The position numbers and the translations under genes are program-made. A DNA stretch of 63,047 bases, filler included, from Octopus bimaculoides (taxonomy: Eukaryota), in assembly GCF_001194135.2 (NCBI RefSeq). It is 6 parts of 6 records of this genome, joined end to end, with 100 filler letters (N's around TTAATTAATTAA, not from the genome) between each part and the next. Parts side by side here need not be neighbours in the genome. Positions count along the whole stretch, not along the records: positions 34,364 to 61,005 come from NC_068984.1; 5 more parts are not named here. One strand, written 5' to 3'. Positions 39,283-51,516 of this stretch are shown one piece after another. Below the pieces are notes generated by a model. It worked only from the letters and a program-made list of their open reading frames with translations, was not told the DNA's origin and made no database searches. Numbering within the stretch: position 1 is the stretch's first letter; every line of letters begins with the position of its first letter.

Positions 39283-41011
39283 CGCATTATCTATTTGCAA
39301 TCTATGCGTCTTTCCCCTGCATCTAATATCAGTCTACTTTAGGCTAACTCTAAGCAATATAAAACACCGAGTGTTTTACTAACAAAGCTGTCCTTATTTA
39401 TTGACTGGGTGCATTCATCGAATCAGAAACACTTCTCTGCAAAAATATTCATTTTTCTCTTTCATTACTTGTATTATTATTATTATTATTACTATTATTT
39501 TCATTTTTATTTCATTCTTGTATTTATTTATTCTTTTGTTTAATTCTTCCAATGATTATTCCTTTATTTTCGGTAGTTTTGCTATGTTGTTTCTTTATTC
39601 AAAATCAGAACCGGCAAGAAGCTATTTCAATTCATTATTGATCTCCTTGCTGGCTGACTATGAACCATTTCTCCTAAAACTGAGTAACCGCAAATCATGG
39701 CTTACGGCGCCTAATCATATCAATAATTCGTGCAGCGAGAATCTCTTCCAAGTATACGTTTATATTTGTTGTTACTTTTTATCGTCAGAAATATTGCTAT
39801 AATTATGCTATTGGGATCCGATGACTAGAGATAAGGGGTTTTTATCTTCGGCATCAAACTACTGCAACCGTTTACGTATAATGGTAGAGTTCCATTTTTA
39901 CCAAATATTAATAACACTGAGTTTCATTCGTCGATTCTGAAAGGTGTTGCTAAATGTTTTATAATACGAACTTATTATTATTTTCCCACTTTTAGTTCCA
40001 TTGGCCATCTTACTGTAACAAAATGGCTATATATATANNNNNNNNNNNNNNNNNNNNNNNNNNNNNNNNNNNNNNNNNNNNNNNNNNNNNNNNNNNNNNN
40101 NNNNNNNNNNNNNNNNNNNNNNNNNNNNNNNNNNNNNNNNNNNNNNNNNNNNNNNNNNNNNNNNNNNNNNNNNNNNNNNNNNNNNNNNNNNNNNNNNNNN
40201 NNNNNNNNNNNNNNNNNNNNNNNNNNNNNNNNNNNNNNNNNNNNNNNNNNNNNNNNNNNNNNNNNNNNNNNNNNNNNNNNNNNNNNNNNNNNNNNNNNNN
40301 NNNNNNNNNNNNNNNNNNNNNNNNNNNNNNNNNNNNNNNNNNNNNNNNNNNNNNNNNNNNNNNNNNNNNNNNNNNNNNNNNNNNNNNNNNNNNNNNNNNN
40401 NNNNNNNNNNNNNNNNNNNNNNNNNNNNNNNNNNNNNNNNNNNNNNNNNNNNNNNNNNNNNNNNNNNNNNNNNNNNNNNNNNNNNNNNNNNNNNNNNNNN
40501 NNNNNNNNNNNNNNNNNNNNNNNNNNNNNNNNNNNNNNNNNNNNNNNNNNNNNNNNNNNNNNNNNNNNNNNNNNNNNNNNNNNNNNNNNNNNNNNNNNTA
40601 TATATATATATATCGTGCTTGAAACTCAAAACGTTTCAATTTCTATGAAGGGACAGCAGCTGAAAATTCAGTGTATCATTCTATAGAAAAGTTATATCAA
40701 TCGATAATCGATAATACATTGATAAATACATCCTAAATCTATTTACACAGACAAAGTAGTGAAAATGTAACGACAAACTCCACAGGAAATGATTTACAAC
40801 TAAGTTTCACTGATTATTTTAATCTGTTATTCTAATGTGCAATTATTTTAATAACTTTATACACTTAAACAAGTACATATGATATAATGTAAATGATATA
40901 AGACATTATAAATACGAGATAGGGACAGACAAGGATATGTTTCCCCGACACCACTCCAACCTATCTATCGAGTTGCGGAAGATCGCATCACCGACAATAT
41001 TTCTCTAATGA

Positions 41012-41230
41012 AAGGCGGTGAGCTGGCAGAAACGTTAGCACGCCGGGCGAAATGCTTAGCAGTCTTTCGTCTGTCTATATGTTCTGAGTTCAAATTCCGC
41101 CGAAGTCGACTTTGTCTTTCATCCTTTCGTGGTCGATAAATTAGGTACCAGTTGCGTACTGGGGTCGATGTGATCGACTGCCCCCTCCCCCAAAATTTAT
41201 GGGCTTTGTGCCTGGAGTAGAAAAGAATAT
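41012..41230 (+). mobile_element. SINE family A, full length, with target-site duplication
   Basis: 16-bp TSD aatatttctctaatga (40996-41011) / aatatttctttcatga (41226-41241), 2 mismatches. Confidence 0.93.
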
Positions 41231-41244
41231 TTCTTTCATGACGA

Positions 41245-41342
41245 GAATCGTCGGACCAAAAAGTTAGCGGCATTTCGTTCGTTTTTATGTTCTTAGTACA
41301 ATTTTCCCAGTGGCTGTCCTTGCCGTTGATCCTTTCGAGGTC
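41245..41342 (+). mobile_element. SINE family A, degenerate 5' fragment
   Basis: GTTAGCGGCATTTCGT...TGTTCT.AGT.CAA..T.CC...GATCCTTTCGAGGTC. Confidence 0.55.
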
Positions 41343-41354
41343 TTTTACTAAAGC

Positions 41355-41545
41355 GTTCTAATCTAATTGATTAAACATTCGTAGCTCATTTTTCTTACAA
41401 TCAACCACATACTTTTCGTCGATAGAAAAATCAGGGGGTTCATCGTGCGACATGTCAAGGTCTTCAAGTGAATCATGTGAGAGAGGCACTGGGACAGGGT
41501 TCTCGAAGTCATGTGGGACCGGTTTTAGAGCTGACTCGCAATCTT
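41355..41545 (-). mobile_element. Possible DNA-transposon protein fragment
   Basis: SALKPVPHDFENPVPVPL...PDFS...RMFNQLD recalls the SA.RPVPH...PVP.P...F.Q..LNDL pattern of a widespread invertebrate transposon-encoded protein (recognition from memory only). Confidence 0.4.
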
Positions 41546-41552
41546 CATACGA

Positions 41553-41720
41553 TTGACAACTGATGCTGGTGTGTTTACGTACCCGTAACTTAGCGGTTCG
41601 GCAAAGCAAACCGATAGAATAAGTACTAGGCTTCTTAAGAATAAGTCCTGGGGTCGATTTGCTCGACTAAAGGCAGTGCTCCAGCATGGCCGTAGTCAAA
41701 TGACTGAAACAAGTAAAGAG
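41553..41720 (+). mobile_element. SINE family C, 3' half
   Basis: Body and tail shared with 29040-29247, 43505-43620 (minus) and 45871-46030 (minus). Confidence 0.88.
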
Positions 41721-42060
41721 ATTCGGAATCAGCATATTCGATTTAGTTTAGTACAGCACCATTTGTCTGGGTAGCAGACAATAAATTTATTTCTCTTGCC
41801 CAGTGTTGTTATGCTCGCACTTGGTAGATGTTTTCATAATAATGTTTCACCAATATTTCTAGTGCTCATCCTTATGTATGCAGGAAGGTTCTTTGTATTT
41901 ATCCCAGGACAACGTATTTACATATGCATGTATGAATAAACGGATGTGTTTACGTATGAATGTAAGTACGAATGTATATGTGTATGAACGTATACTTAAA
42001 TGTATGCATAGATAAATGCATGTTCGTGTGTGTATATTCATACGTGCATGTCTGTATGTC

Positions 42061-42558
42061 ATTATTCAGTTTATTTTAAGATTTCTTGCTAATTGAGAAA
42101 GAGCAGGTTTCTAACCTAGTTTCAAGGCTCCGTCATTGGAATTTCAACACAAACAACAGGGTATTTTTGTATGTATGTATGTTTTGCATGTTTTATGTAT
42201 GTATTCTCAGGTATATAGTTGCATATCTAGACATTCTCATATATATTGAAATGATAAACTTCTGGAAAGTTTTACAGATTTTTACAGTTCCTGTGATGGA
42301 TTGGATCTGTAGTCTTCGAATTAGCTTTCTCCTTTCTGATTTTGAGAAGCCTAATATCTCAAGTTTGGTATTTAGGCAGTGTGTTAAACATCCCCGGGGC
42401 CCGAATAATTACAGGTTTAAACATGAACTTGTAATCTGGATAGATCAGATCTCTCTATAGTTCAGCATAGGTGTTCTCTTTTTCACTGATTTTCAACTTT
42501 ATGTCCCCATCCGCCGGGCAGTTAATTTCCACAACTATACACAGTTTCTCTCCTCTAT
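42061..42558 (-). mobile_element. 5'-truncated R4/Dong-clade LINE family A (RLE domain end + 3' UTR)
   Basis: GEKLCIVVEINCPADGDIKLKISEKENTYAEL; collinear with 53789-54310; flanked by (TATG)n on both sides. Confidence 0.9.
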
Positions 42559-42913
42559 CGTCTCTATGTATGCATGTATGTATGTATGTATGTATGTATG
42601 TATGTATGTATGTATGTATGGTTGCCATATATGTAGCTGAAATGCTACACAATGTCTAGTGTTATATTATATCATCGTGGAACTATAATTAACTCTAAAA
42701 CATTTAATGTAACCAGCAAGACAGTCATTTAAACCTTGGATTAATGGCTAAACCTGCTCAAGAATATTAGTCGTGACAACAAATCTGAGATAACAAAATG
42801 TGTTGACTGAATACTGCCAGTAAAACAGGAAATTGGTGTTAGTAAGCCCTGGATAATCCCTGATTTAGTAAAGAGAAATGTCATGTGATGCGAGTGTTTT
42901 CTGGTCTGAATAT

Positions 42914-42980
42914 CGCTTCCTCACACCCGCTTCCTCACACCCGCTTCCTCACACCCGCTTCCTCACACCCGCTCCCTCCC
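42914..42980. repeat. 14-bp minisatellite (CGCTTCCTCACACC) x4 + partial
   Basis: Four identical units from 42914. Confidence 0.95.
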
Positions 42981-43372
42981 AGCAGTTTCAGAGTCATTGA
43001 AAAAGTCTACTAGGGTTACCTATAGCTCCATGACAAAGCGATAATTATATCTTAACACAAAATGGTATACATTGGCAATGCCCTCATAAATTTCCCAGCT
43101 TAAACCGACCATCTAAGACTGACGTAAGTAATGTTGAAAGGTTTGACAATTACAAGCCTTTTCAACACAGCCGCTCCATTGTTTCACATACTTTACTTCT
43201 GAGAGGAAAATATATTGATTTTATCGATATCGATATCGATTATGAAGCAATAAAATAGTTCAGTACCTTATGAACTCTCCAACTATTCCACTTTAGATTC
43301 ACCTTAAATTCTTCCTTATATTACATTCAAGGAACAATCGGTCGGTTCTGGTTTATCGCGAAAAGTAGTCTG

Positions 43373-43504
43373 AAGAGCGGTGAACCGGACAAAGTAGTTA
43401 GTGGTATTTCTTCCGGCCTGACGTTTTGAGTTCGGATGCCAGTGCGGCCGACTCTTCCTTTCATCGTTTTAGGATCGGTAAAATATTTTCCAGTAGAGCA
43501 CTGG
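43373..43504 (+). mobile_element. SINE family A, degenerate
   Basis: TTAG.GGTATTTC...ACGTT.TGAGTTC...GCCGACT.T.CCTTTCATC.TTT.AGG.TCG.TAAA. Confidence 0.6.
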
Positions 43505-43801
43505 TACTTATTCTAACGGTCTAGTTGCTGAACCGCTAAGTTACGGAGACGTAAACACACAAATACTGGCTGTCAAGCGGTGTTGGGAAAGAAACATAGA
43601 AACAAAGACACACACACATAAATATATATATATGCATTATATACGAAGGGCTTCTTTCAGTTTCCATCTACCAAACCCACCTAGAAGACTTTGGTCGGCC
43701 CGAGGCTATAGTAGGAAACACTTGCCCAAGGTGTCCGGTGGTGGGATTGAAACCAGAACCATGTGGTTGGGAACAAGCTTCTTACCACACAGCCACTCCT
43801 G
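43505..43801 (-). mobile_element. SINE family C (tRNA head + CORE-like + internal microsatellite), 3'-truncated
   Basis: Head CAGGAGTGGCTGTGTGGTAAGAAGCTTG...GGTTCTGGTTTCAATCCC and CCTTGGGCAAGTGT on the minus strand. Confidence 0.88.
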
Positions 43802-44616
43802 TTCCATATTTTTTTTAAATTTGGATATCCTGAAGAAGGTGCCTGGCCCATGAGTCTTTCAGGACCGCAGAGACGCGGGAGATTGACGAACTTAGTCAAC
43901 CGTTTAAACTGTGAATACTAGCAGAGAGGAAACCTCATCAGCCCCGTGTTCTAAGAAAGAAGAATCAGGCGTAGAGGTAGGGACGAGGAAATAAGAGGGG
44001 TGGATATAGCAAGGGCGACAAAAATTGGAAAATTGGAGAGACGAATGGATTGAGTGGTAACTGAAGGATGAAGGTATGAGAGTAGCCAAAGCTGAGGAGC
44101 AGAGGCTGTTATAGTATCGGTAGAAAAGAGAGCGCGAGGAGACAGTATATCTATAGGCCGAAGACTGGAGTGTGACCGTTAGTGAGAGAACGCCAGTCAG
44201 ACGAGTGGACTTCTCTCAGAACAATCAAAGAGGTTAATATGTGTTCAGAACTTCATGAAATATATTAAAAATTAATTTGATATTAATCACGTTCTAGTTA
44301 AGTCCAGAGTATACTTCATGTCTTTCAGAATTGTCTCTGTTTAGCATTGTTGACCCATTTATGAATAGAACATCAAATAATAAACAAAAACACACAGAAG
44401 ATTGCATTCAATTCATTAAGGAGAAAAGCGTATTTAGTAAATAATAGAAATTGATTTCTGAACTCACCAATGACATCGCTGCAATGCTTGTCACATGTTG
44501 TGGCAGCCTCATGCTCATCAAAACAGGGCTTGGCTGAAAAATATTCGGAAATATGCAATACAAACGCCATCTTGAATTTTAGAATTCTTTAAGTAAAACC
44601 TTTTGTTACATACACA

Positions 44617-44902
44617 CAGTGGCGGACCGGTCAGGTTGCCAGCTTGCTTGATGGCAAGTGGGCCCCTACGCCATTAGAATCTGTATATGGGAGCCCATGT
44701 TAGTATCTAAGGAGCCCATTTCCTCAAGTTTGATAATTTTTTTATTCACTACTGGAAGAATGCATTAATTATTTCAGTTTGTAGACAGTTAAAAAGAATA
44801 CTTTAAAATAATAAAAGGAAAAAATTAAACATTAGCATTGTAGTTACGGGTGGCCCCCTTAGTCTCCTGGCAACCAGTAATTTTAGATCCAGTCCGCAAC
44901 TG
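44617..44902. mobile_element. hAT-type MITE (286 bp)
   Basis: 14-bp TIRs CAGTGGCGGACCGG / reverse complement CAGTTGCGGACTGG (12/14); 8-bp flanks catacaca / cacacata (6/8). Confidence 0.75.
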
Positions 44903-44984
44903 CACACATACATAGGCAAACATACACCCCAACAGACATACAAACACACGCACACACATACATGCGCACAAACACACAGAACAC

Positions 44985-45225
44985 TGTCTTGACCAGATTA
45001 TTGAATGTCGTTATAGACTGTTGGTTTCAGTGCGCCTCTTCACATTGTTACGAAGGCACGTCAACATTCCTCGCAGGTTATGTGGGTAGGTTAACATTGC
45101 TCCTGAACGAAACATCAGTCTGTCGCAGGTTTCCCCATTTACAGCTCCGTGGAGTGAAGCACAATGAAACGAAGCGTGGTTACTGAAGAACCCAACGCAC
45201 CACTTGTCTGAATGTCGAAACCTCG
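44985..45225 (-). mobile_element. Diverged CORE-like SINE
   Basis: Minus strand GGTTTCGACATTC...CACTCCACGGAGCTGTAAATGGGG.AACCTGCGA resembles the CORE-type central domain. Confidence 0.5.
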
Positions 45226-45260
45226 CTGTTGCTACCACGAGTGCAACAATTTAAAAAAGA

Positions 45261-45521
45261 AGTGGTACTCCGACGTTTACGACGACGATAGTTCCTGCTG
45301 ATCCGATCAACGGAACAGCCCGTTCGAACTCCACAGACAAACGTAGCTTTCACATAGTTCTTGAGGGAGAGTCAAGACACAACTCATTTTACCAGTGGAG
45401 TGGACTGGAGCGACCTGAATTAAGTATCTTGCCGAAGGACACAATACGCTGCCGGGAATCGAACTCACTATCTTAGGATCGTGAGCCGGATATCTCTAAC
45501 CACTAAGCAATGCGCCTTTAC
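45261..45521 (-). mobile_element. SINE family D, full head, internal deletions
   Basis: A-box GCTTAGTGGTTAGA, B-box GAGTTCGATTCC; shares blocks with 1483-1770. Confidence 0.85.
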
Positions 45522-45547
45522 TTGAAACACCCTTACCACTATGCTTT

Positions 45548-45588
<41 letters not shown>

Positions 45589-45598
45589 NNNNNNNNNN

Positions 45599-45642
<44 letters not shown>

Positions 45643-45870
45643 CAGAGTGTGATAGGTAAATGACAAATCAACTCAATTATGCTTGAGCATAAATTAGATT
45701 CAGGAAGATGTCGTTACAAACACTAATTGTATTTCCAAATGAAGAGACACAAAGTCTTTCAAATAATTGACATATTTCGAATCGAAATTACTACCGATGT
45801 TGCTTCTAAAGAAACTTACTTTTCCCCCATTTGAATTTTGTCCTTTCTCTCCGTAATTCTCTCTATTATA

Positions 45871-46225
45871 TCTTTTCTTTTTCTTGTTTCAGACATTCCA
45901 CTGCGGCCATGCTGGGGCATCACCTTGAGGGATTTTTAGTCAATTGAGTCGAGCCCAGTGCTTATTCTTTTAAAGTCTGGTATAAACAAAACCAACACCG
46001 GCTGTCAAGCAGTGGCAGGGGACAAACGCAGATACGCACGCACACATGCGCACGCGCATATATATTCGACGGTCTTCTTCCAGTTCCCGCTTACCGAATC
46101 CACTCACAAGGCTTTGAGCGACCTGAGATTATAGTCGAAGACACTTTTCTAAGGTACGACGCAGTGGGACTGATCCCAGAACCATATGATTTGCAAGCAA
46201 GCTTCTTATCACACAGCCACGCGTC
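45871..46225 (-). mobile_element. SINE family C, near full length
   Basis: Head (GCGTGGCTGTGTGATAAGAAGCTTGC), body, CA-microsatellite and tail (CCAGCATGGCCGCAG..GAATGTCTGAAACAAG) all present. Confidence 0.88.
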
Positions 46226-46885
46226 TAATTTCTTAATAGATGGATATTTCAGTCACTTAAATTCCGTTGGTCGATTCATCAAATGCATTTGCCGATAATT
46301 TCCATGTACTTAATCTTTTCAGATTATCGGCGCATAATGCCCCAAATGCCTTTGACACTAATCTCTTCGAAACAGACAAGCATTTGCTGCGTTGAATGTT
46401 TTGGCCTTAACGTAATATATTTCCAATCACGAGTCGATAATATGACAATCTAAGCATATTCACTATATTTCAATTCACCAATAAAAGCAATAAATATTTT
46501 GCTGCAAATGTTCTAAGTTTATTACTTAATGCTATACTCTACATCTTCTTAGATCTACTGTTTTAACTGGAAAATTCCAATTATATTTCCAGAAAGTGGT
46601 CGAATATAAAATAATGTGACGCTAGTTAATCTTGTTACTTATGGGAGTTTATAGTAAAAGCCTAGAGATTAACTGATAAATTTAACGAATATCTATGTTT
46701 CCGCAGCAAACTGGTTGCAATAAACCATAATTTTCGTATTCTAAACCAGCGACTTGCAGATTAACTATTACAGCTTTGGAATATTAATCAGATAAGATGG
46801 CCTTTCATCTAAACATTGCCGATATTAAATAGTATATAGGAAAGAGTGTGGCATCAGTGTGACATAAAACGAGAGGTATACTTAC

Positions 46886-47203
46886 TGACAAGCCCTGAAG
46901 GCCAGCGCAGACGCATCGCTCCTCGTGTACCACTGCGAAATTCCGCCCATTGGACAACATTTCCACAATGCATAAATACACAGGACTGATACATACTTCG
47001 AATTGCTTGGCGCTTCATTTCATAATCCCAGATGTTAAAGTGACTTAAATCACCGACAAAAGCATAAGTGGTGTCAAAATAAGCGCCTTCTCGAGAAGCT
47101 TGACCGAGAACCAGTTCTCCATCCGAAGGAATTGCTTTATTCACCGATGCACCACGTCCGCTTTGTCTTTTCGTGCCATTGACGTAAAGACGCCAATTAC
47201 CAT
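46886..47203 (-). CDS. Internal coding exon (318 bp, phase 1-1): C-terminal half of the pentraxin domain
   Basis: Acceptor ttttttttcag|AT (AG at 47205-47204), donor GTCA|gtaagt (GT at 46885-46884). DGNWRLYVNG...IPSDGELVLGQ...FVGDLSHFNIWDY...SC...GNVVQWAEFRSG matches the pentraxin pattern W.vY.dG...IP..G.LVLGQ...FVG..S..N.WD. The junction reads WTWRMH-D-GNW. Confidence 0.93.
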
Positions 47204-48715
47204 CTGAAAAAAAAAAGAAACAAAACATTAATATAGCCGCAAAGTCACCGATTCAGTTTTTGTAAAGAATTATAATTTCTTTACAACATCAATCGATATA
47301 CTGGCTTTTTTATGCTTTCACATATTTTTCTGTTATTTTAATTACTTTTCTGAACTCTATTATTGTGTACACATATCTCTTTATAGATCAACTATGATAT
47401 TTCATCATTTTAATACAAAATTATATGGTTAAATTGTTGACAATAGTAAGACAATACAAACTGCATTGAAATCAATATACGCTATTTGTACGCATGAACA
47501 AAATAATTTACAACAGAAGAATAGAAATGAAACTGCGTGACGTCCATGTTTTTTCTTCTTTGTGACATTATCATTGCAAAAACAAGCGATATGGCAACAG
47601 ATAATTTGACCCAGAGCTAACTGATAGCATATGCCTAGTCTATAAAAGCTGTTATTAAATGGCTTTTATACTGTTTTAAATAAAATAAAATAGAAAGACC
47701 ATACTAAAGCAAATGGGTCGCCATCTTGGCAATAAAAATATGACACTCAATGGATCTGTGTTTCGATGGATCAAAATTATTTCGTTCATTTTATTTTCTA
47801 TGTTCAAGTTACTATTAAACGCAAAACACTCAAAACGCTTGCTATTTATATATTTAATATATAAAATTCTACATTTCTCTCATGTTTATGGAGAAGCTGT
47901 TACTGTATATTGAACGTCTTCAATACTGAATAATTGAACAATGCATAGCCAATTAATTTATCATATCATATTCAAACAGTGTGTTGGATAGACAACAGCT
48001 AATAGAAAAATGACACTGAATGTGTCTGGTCCAAATTACATCTTTGTAAAACACGACGAAAAAAGAGATCAAACTCTTCGTATGACGATAGTACAAAACA
48101 AGAAGTACACACAAGCATACATATTCTTTAAGCAAAAATGATTGAAAGAAATAATGCAGAGAGGATAATGGCATGTATCTGAAGAACATAGCTAAATGCT
48201 TGTATATCAAATACTTTATAATATAAATTGTTGATTTATAAAATTTATCTCCTCCTCTGAAGGTCGTATCATAATGGCCAAATGGCAATTGAGGCCGGAT
48301 CCATTCGAAAAGGAGAAATAATCTAAGCCTTCTCTTTACGCTCCATATTCGGATTTCCTTCCTGACTCATTTCCCATCAATAATTACAGCTGCTGCGATG
48401 CTCTTTCATCGCGATTAATGTTGAGAAATTGTTTTTCATATTGGAACGAACACACAAAACAAATGAGGTGTGGATGAAAAATAATCCCAACATCCAGAGG
48501 AGGCTGCAGGATTTTCGTCATTTCACAATATATGTTAACGAGAATAATCAACTTGATAGAGTATACACTCAAATTAATATATGTCGATAATAATAGCCGG
48601 GTGGTTGTTCGGCTGATATCTCTAGTCACGCATTACATTAGAGAGTGGGAGAGAAAGAAATACAGAGAGAGCGAGAGATAAATATACATACAGAGAGAGC
48701 GAGAGATTAATATAC

Positions 48716-48763
<48 letters not shown>

Positions 48764-49055
48764 GGGAATTGAGAGAAGAAAAGAGATATAGAGTGGATTA
48801 ACAACATATTAAGCAAAGTGGAGGTATGCAAAGCAGAGGCCGTTATAGTAGCGGTACAAAATAAACGGGAGATGATGGTGTACTAGTGACGATCAGTTGG
48901 AGATTTCGATATGTGAACAGAAATGGCAACACAAGGGGCAATAATAACAACAACAACAAACATGAGAACTCTTCCTGATCAACTCTTCTCAGAAACCAGA
49001 AAAATTGTGCAGCTGAAAAGGCCGGTACCAATACAGGGTGTAATTATGTTTAATG

Positions 49056-49119
<64 letters not shown>

Positions 49120-49239
49120 GTGTGTCCGTCTGTTTATCTATCTATCAGTGTGTACGCGCGCGCTTCTGTAACTAGCATCTGATTAAGTTACCCGGTGAAA
49201 ACCAGTATGTCCGGGTACTTCTCTTCATGTCAGAACGAA

Positions 49240-49388
49240 AACTTGCCGGTTCGATAAAGAGAGAATGAAAATTAGGCTAACCGAACGAAATAAGTATGAG
49301 GGGTCGATGAGATCGAATCCAACCTTGAAAAGCACTGTTATAGCATGGCCGCACTCGAATGACTGAAAGCCATAAGCGAACAAAAGAC
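49240..49388 (+). mobile_element. SINE family C 3' fragment
   Basis: GGGGTCGAT...AGCATGGCCGCA..C.AATGACTGAAA tail. Confidence 0.65.
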
Positions 49389-49696
49389 AACGTGTATGAA
49401 TGTATAAGGAAAAAATAGGCTGCTAGCTTTGAGCGTGAATGGATCGGAAACAAATAGCCCACAAGCAACAACTTGTTATATTGAGCAAACAAGCTTTTTA
49501 TTAGGTTAGCTTGCAGGTAATGACATGTAAACGTTGTACAAACCGCATATTGATTCTTACAGACGTTTGTGGCGTTGGTGAGCCTAATAAGTGATCGGTG
49601 GTGGTTGATATATAAGGAGTTCGATTAAGTTTTGCTTTGTATTGAATAAGTATCTTACTACTTTAAAATACCAGATAGGTAGATAGATAGGTAGAA

Positions 49697-49743
<47 letters not shown>

Positions 49744-49746
49744 CAC

Positions 49747-49794
<48 letters not shown>

Positions 49795-50325
49795 GGAAGT
49801 ATAAACACAAATATACTCAGGAGATCATACGGAAATGTATATAAATTAATGTCAGCGTGCGTGTGCGTATATAAATGTATATGTCACTATAATATAAATC
49901 TTGTTGTGTGTGTGTGTGTGTGTGTGTTTGTGTGCGTGCGTGCGTCCGTATCTGTGAGTGTGTAAAAGATTATAACGGCCGTAGTTTTCAAATGATTTTC
50001 TCCAAACTGGGAACATACATTACTTATATTCCGGAGATGGTTTCAGACACTTAAAATCTTTCACATAATGAATATTCGGGCCCCCTGGAGGCAAAAATTA
50101 CTCGTCCCTAGGTTACGTGGAGATTGGATGTAACGCTTTGCAAAGAAACTTTCAGAAATTGATTGTCTCCCTTACATCCATTGGTCAAAAAATTATTACA
50201 GTTTCATCTTATATATAAAATAGAGATATGCGTGTATTCGCTTTTCACGCGTATCTTTATCTCCTTATATCTCTCTATCACTCTGTATCTTTCTATTTAT
50301 ATCTTATCTATGTATNNNNNNNNNN

Positions 50326-50372
<47 letters not shown>

Positions 50373-50574
50373 TCTCTCTCTAAATCTCGCTCACTCTTTC
50401 TTGTTTTCACTTTCATATTTCAGACATCATTATTTTCACTTAAAGTTCAATCGATATTGTTTTCTTTGTAAGTTTTCAATCGCTATTTACAAACAAAAAT
50501 GACAAATTACTGACTGAAAGAAGTTCATAAATTACTGATGAAAATAATTTCATACATAATTTACTATTATGAAA

Positions 50575-51417
50575 ACGCCTAATGCGCAGGCTGAAATTAA
50601 AAGCATTCCGTCCACGACTGGTAAATGGTCGTTTGGTGGATAACCCAGATCGCCAGTCGCAATTCTGCGAAATGATGCGTGACCAAATTGCTAATGAGCA
50701 GGCAGATTATCTCGATGAGATCATCTGGTCAGATAAAGCTTGTTTCAAATTATCCGATCATATAGATGCATAACTGCGTGTACTGGGGCAGATGGAAGTC
50801 ACCATTCGACGATGGAATCTCAACTGAACCAGTCTGGTGCTACAGTTTGGAGTGCACTCTCAAGCGAAAGTGTTATAGGACACATTTTCTTTGATAGAAC
50901 TGTAAATGGAGAGAACTACTTGGAAATGTTTTGTGACATGGCAGTACCACAAATCAGAACCAAAGCTAATTTTGATGAACTGTTATTTAAGCCAGGTGGA
51001 GCACCTCCACATTATGCGTTGACAGTAAGAGACTACCTTAAGCAAGCCTTTCCACACTTTGGTTTGGAAGACGAGACAGAATCAAATGGCCACCACTTTA
51101 ACCTGACTTGACACCAATGTCAGTTGGGGTGTTGTAAAGAGAAAAGTTTATGAGAAGAACCCCCAAAAACAGTAAATGAATTAAAAGATTACATTTCTGA
51201 CGCATTCACTAAAATTGATGGAGATCGGAATTTGTGCCGCACTATCGGAGTGTTCTGAAGAGGTTTCAAGAATGTTGCAATGTTGATTAAACATTATCTG
51301 TTTAAGATATGCACAAGCAATATGATTGTAAGATAGAAATTTAAATATAATAAAATATTTTAAAAGAAATTTAAGGTGCTTACGTGATGACTGTAAACCT
51401 AATTTTGCGCCACCCTG
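50575..51417 (+). mobile_element. Decayed Tc1/mariner transposon of DD41D (rosa/Visitor) type, right TIR intact
   Basis: IIWSDKACF (D1), LFKPGGAPPHY (D2 mutated) and frameshifted W-F-GRRDRIKWPPL*PDLTPM (D3); the reconstructed D2-D3 spacing is 41. Right TIR reverse complement CAGGGTGGCGCAAAATT ends at 51417, followed by TA. Confidence 0.85.
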
Positions 51418-51451
51418 TATGTATACGTACACACACACATACATACATGCA

Positions 51452-51514
<63 letters not shown>

Positions 51515-51516
<2 letters not shown>

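Noticed and set aside
39608-39750. Plus-strand exon-like segment (EPARSYFNSLLISLL...)
   Set aside because: No recognisable family, and antisense to the supported gene.
43860-44150. CTGATGAG on the minus strand in a PLE-end-like segment as another hammerhead
   Set aside because: No stem II closed by GAAA at a workable distance.
46310-46405. Possible next exon of the pentraxin gene (96 bp, phase 1-1, SQNIQRSKCLSVSKRLVSKAFGALCADNLKRL)
   Set aside because: Weak acceptor (tacgttaag) and donor (gtacat) and no recognisable domain; unresolved without RNA-seq.
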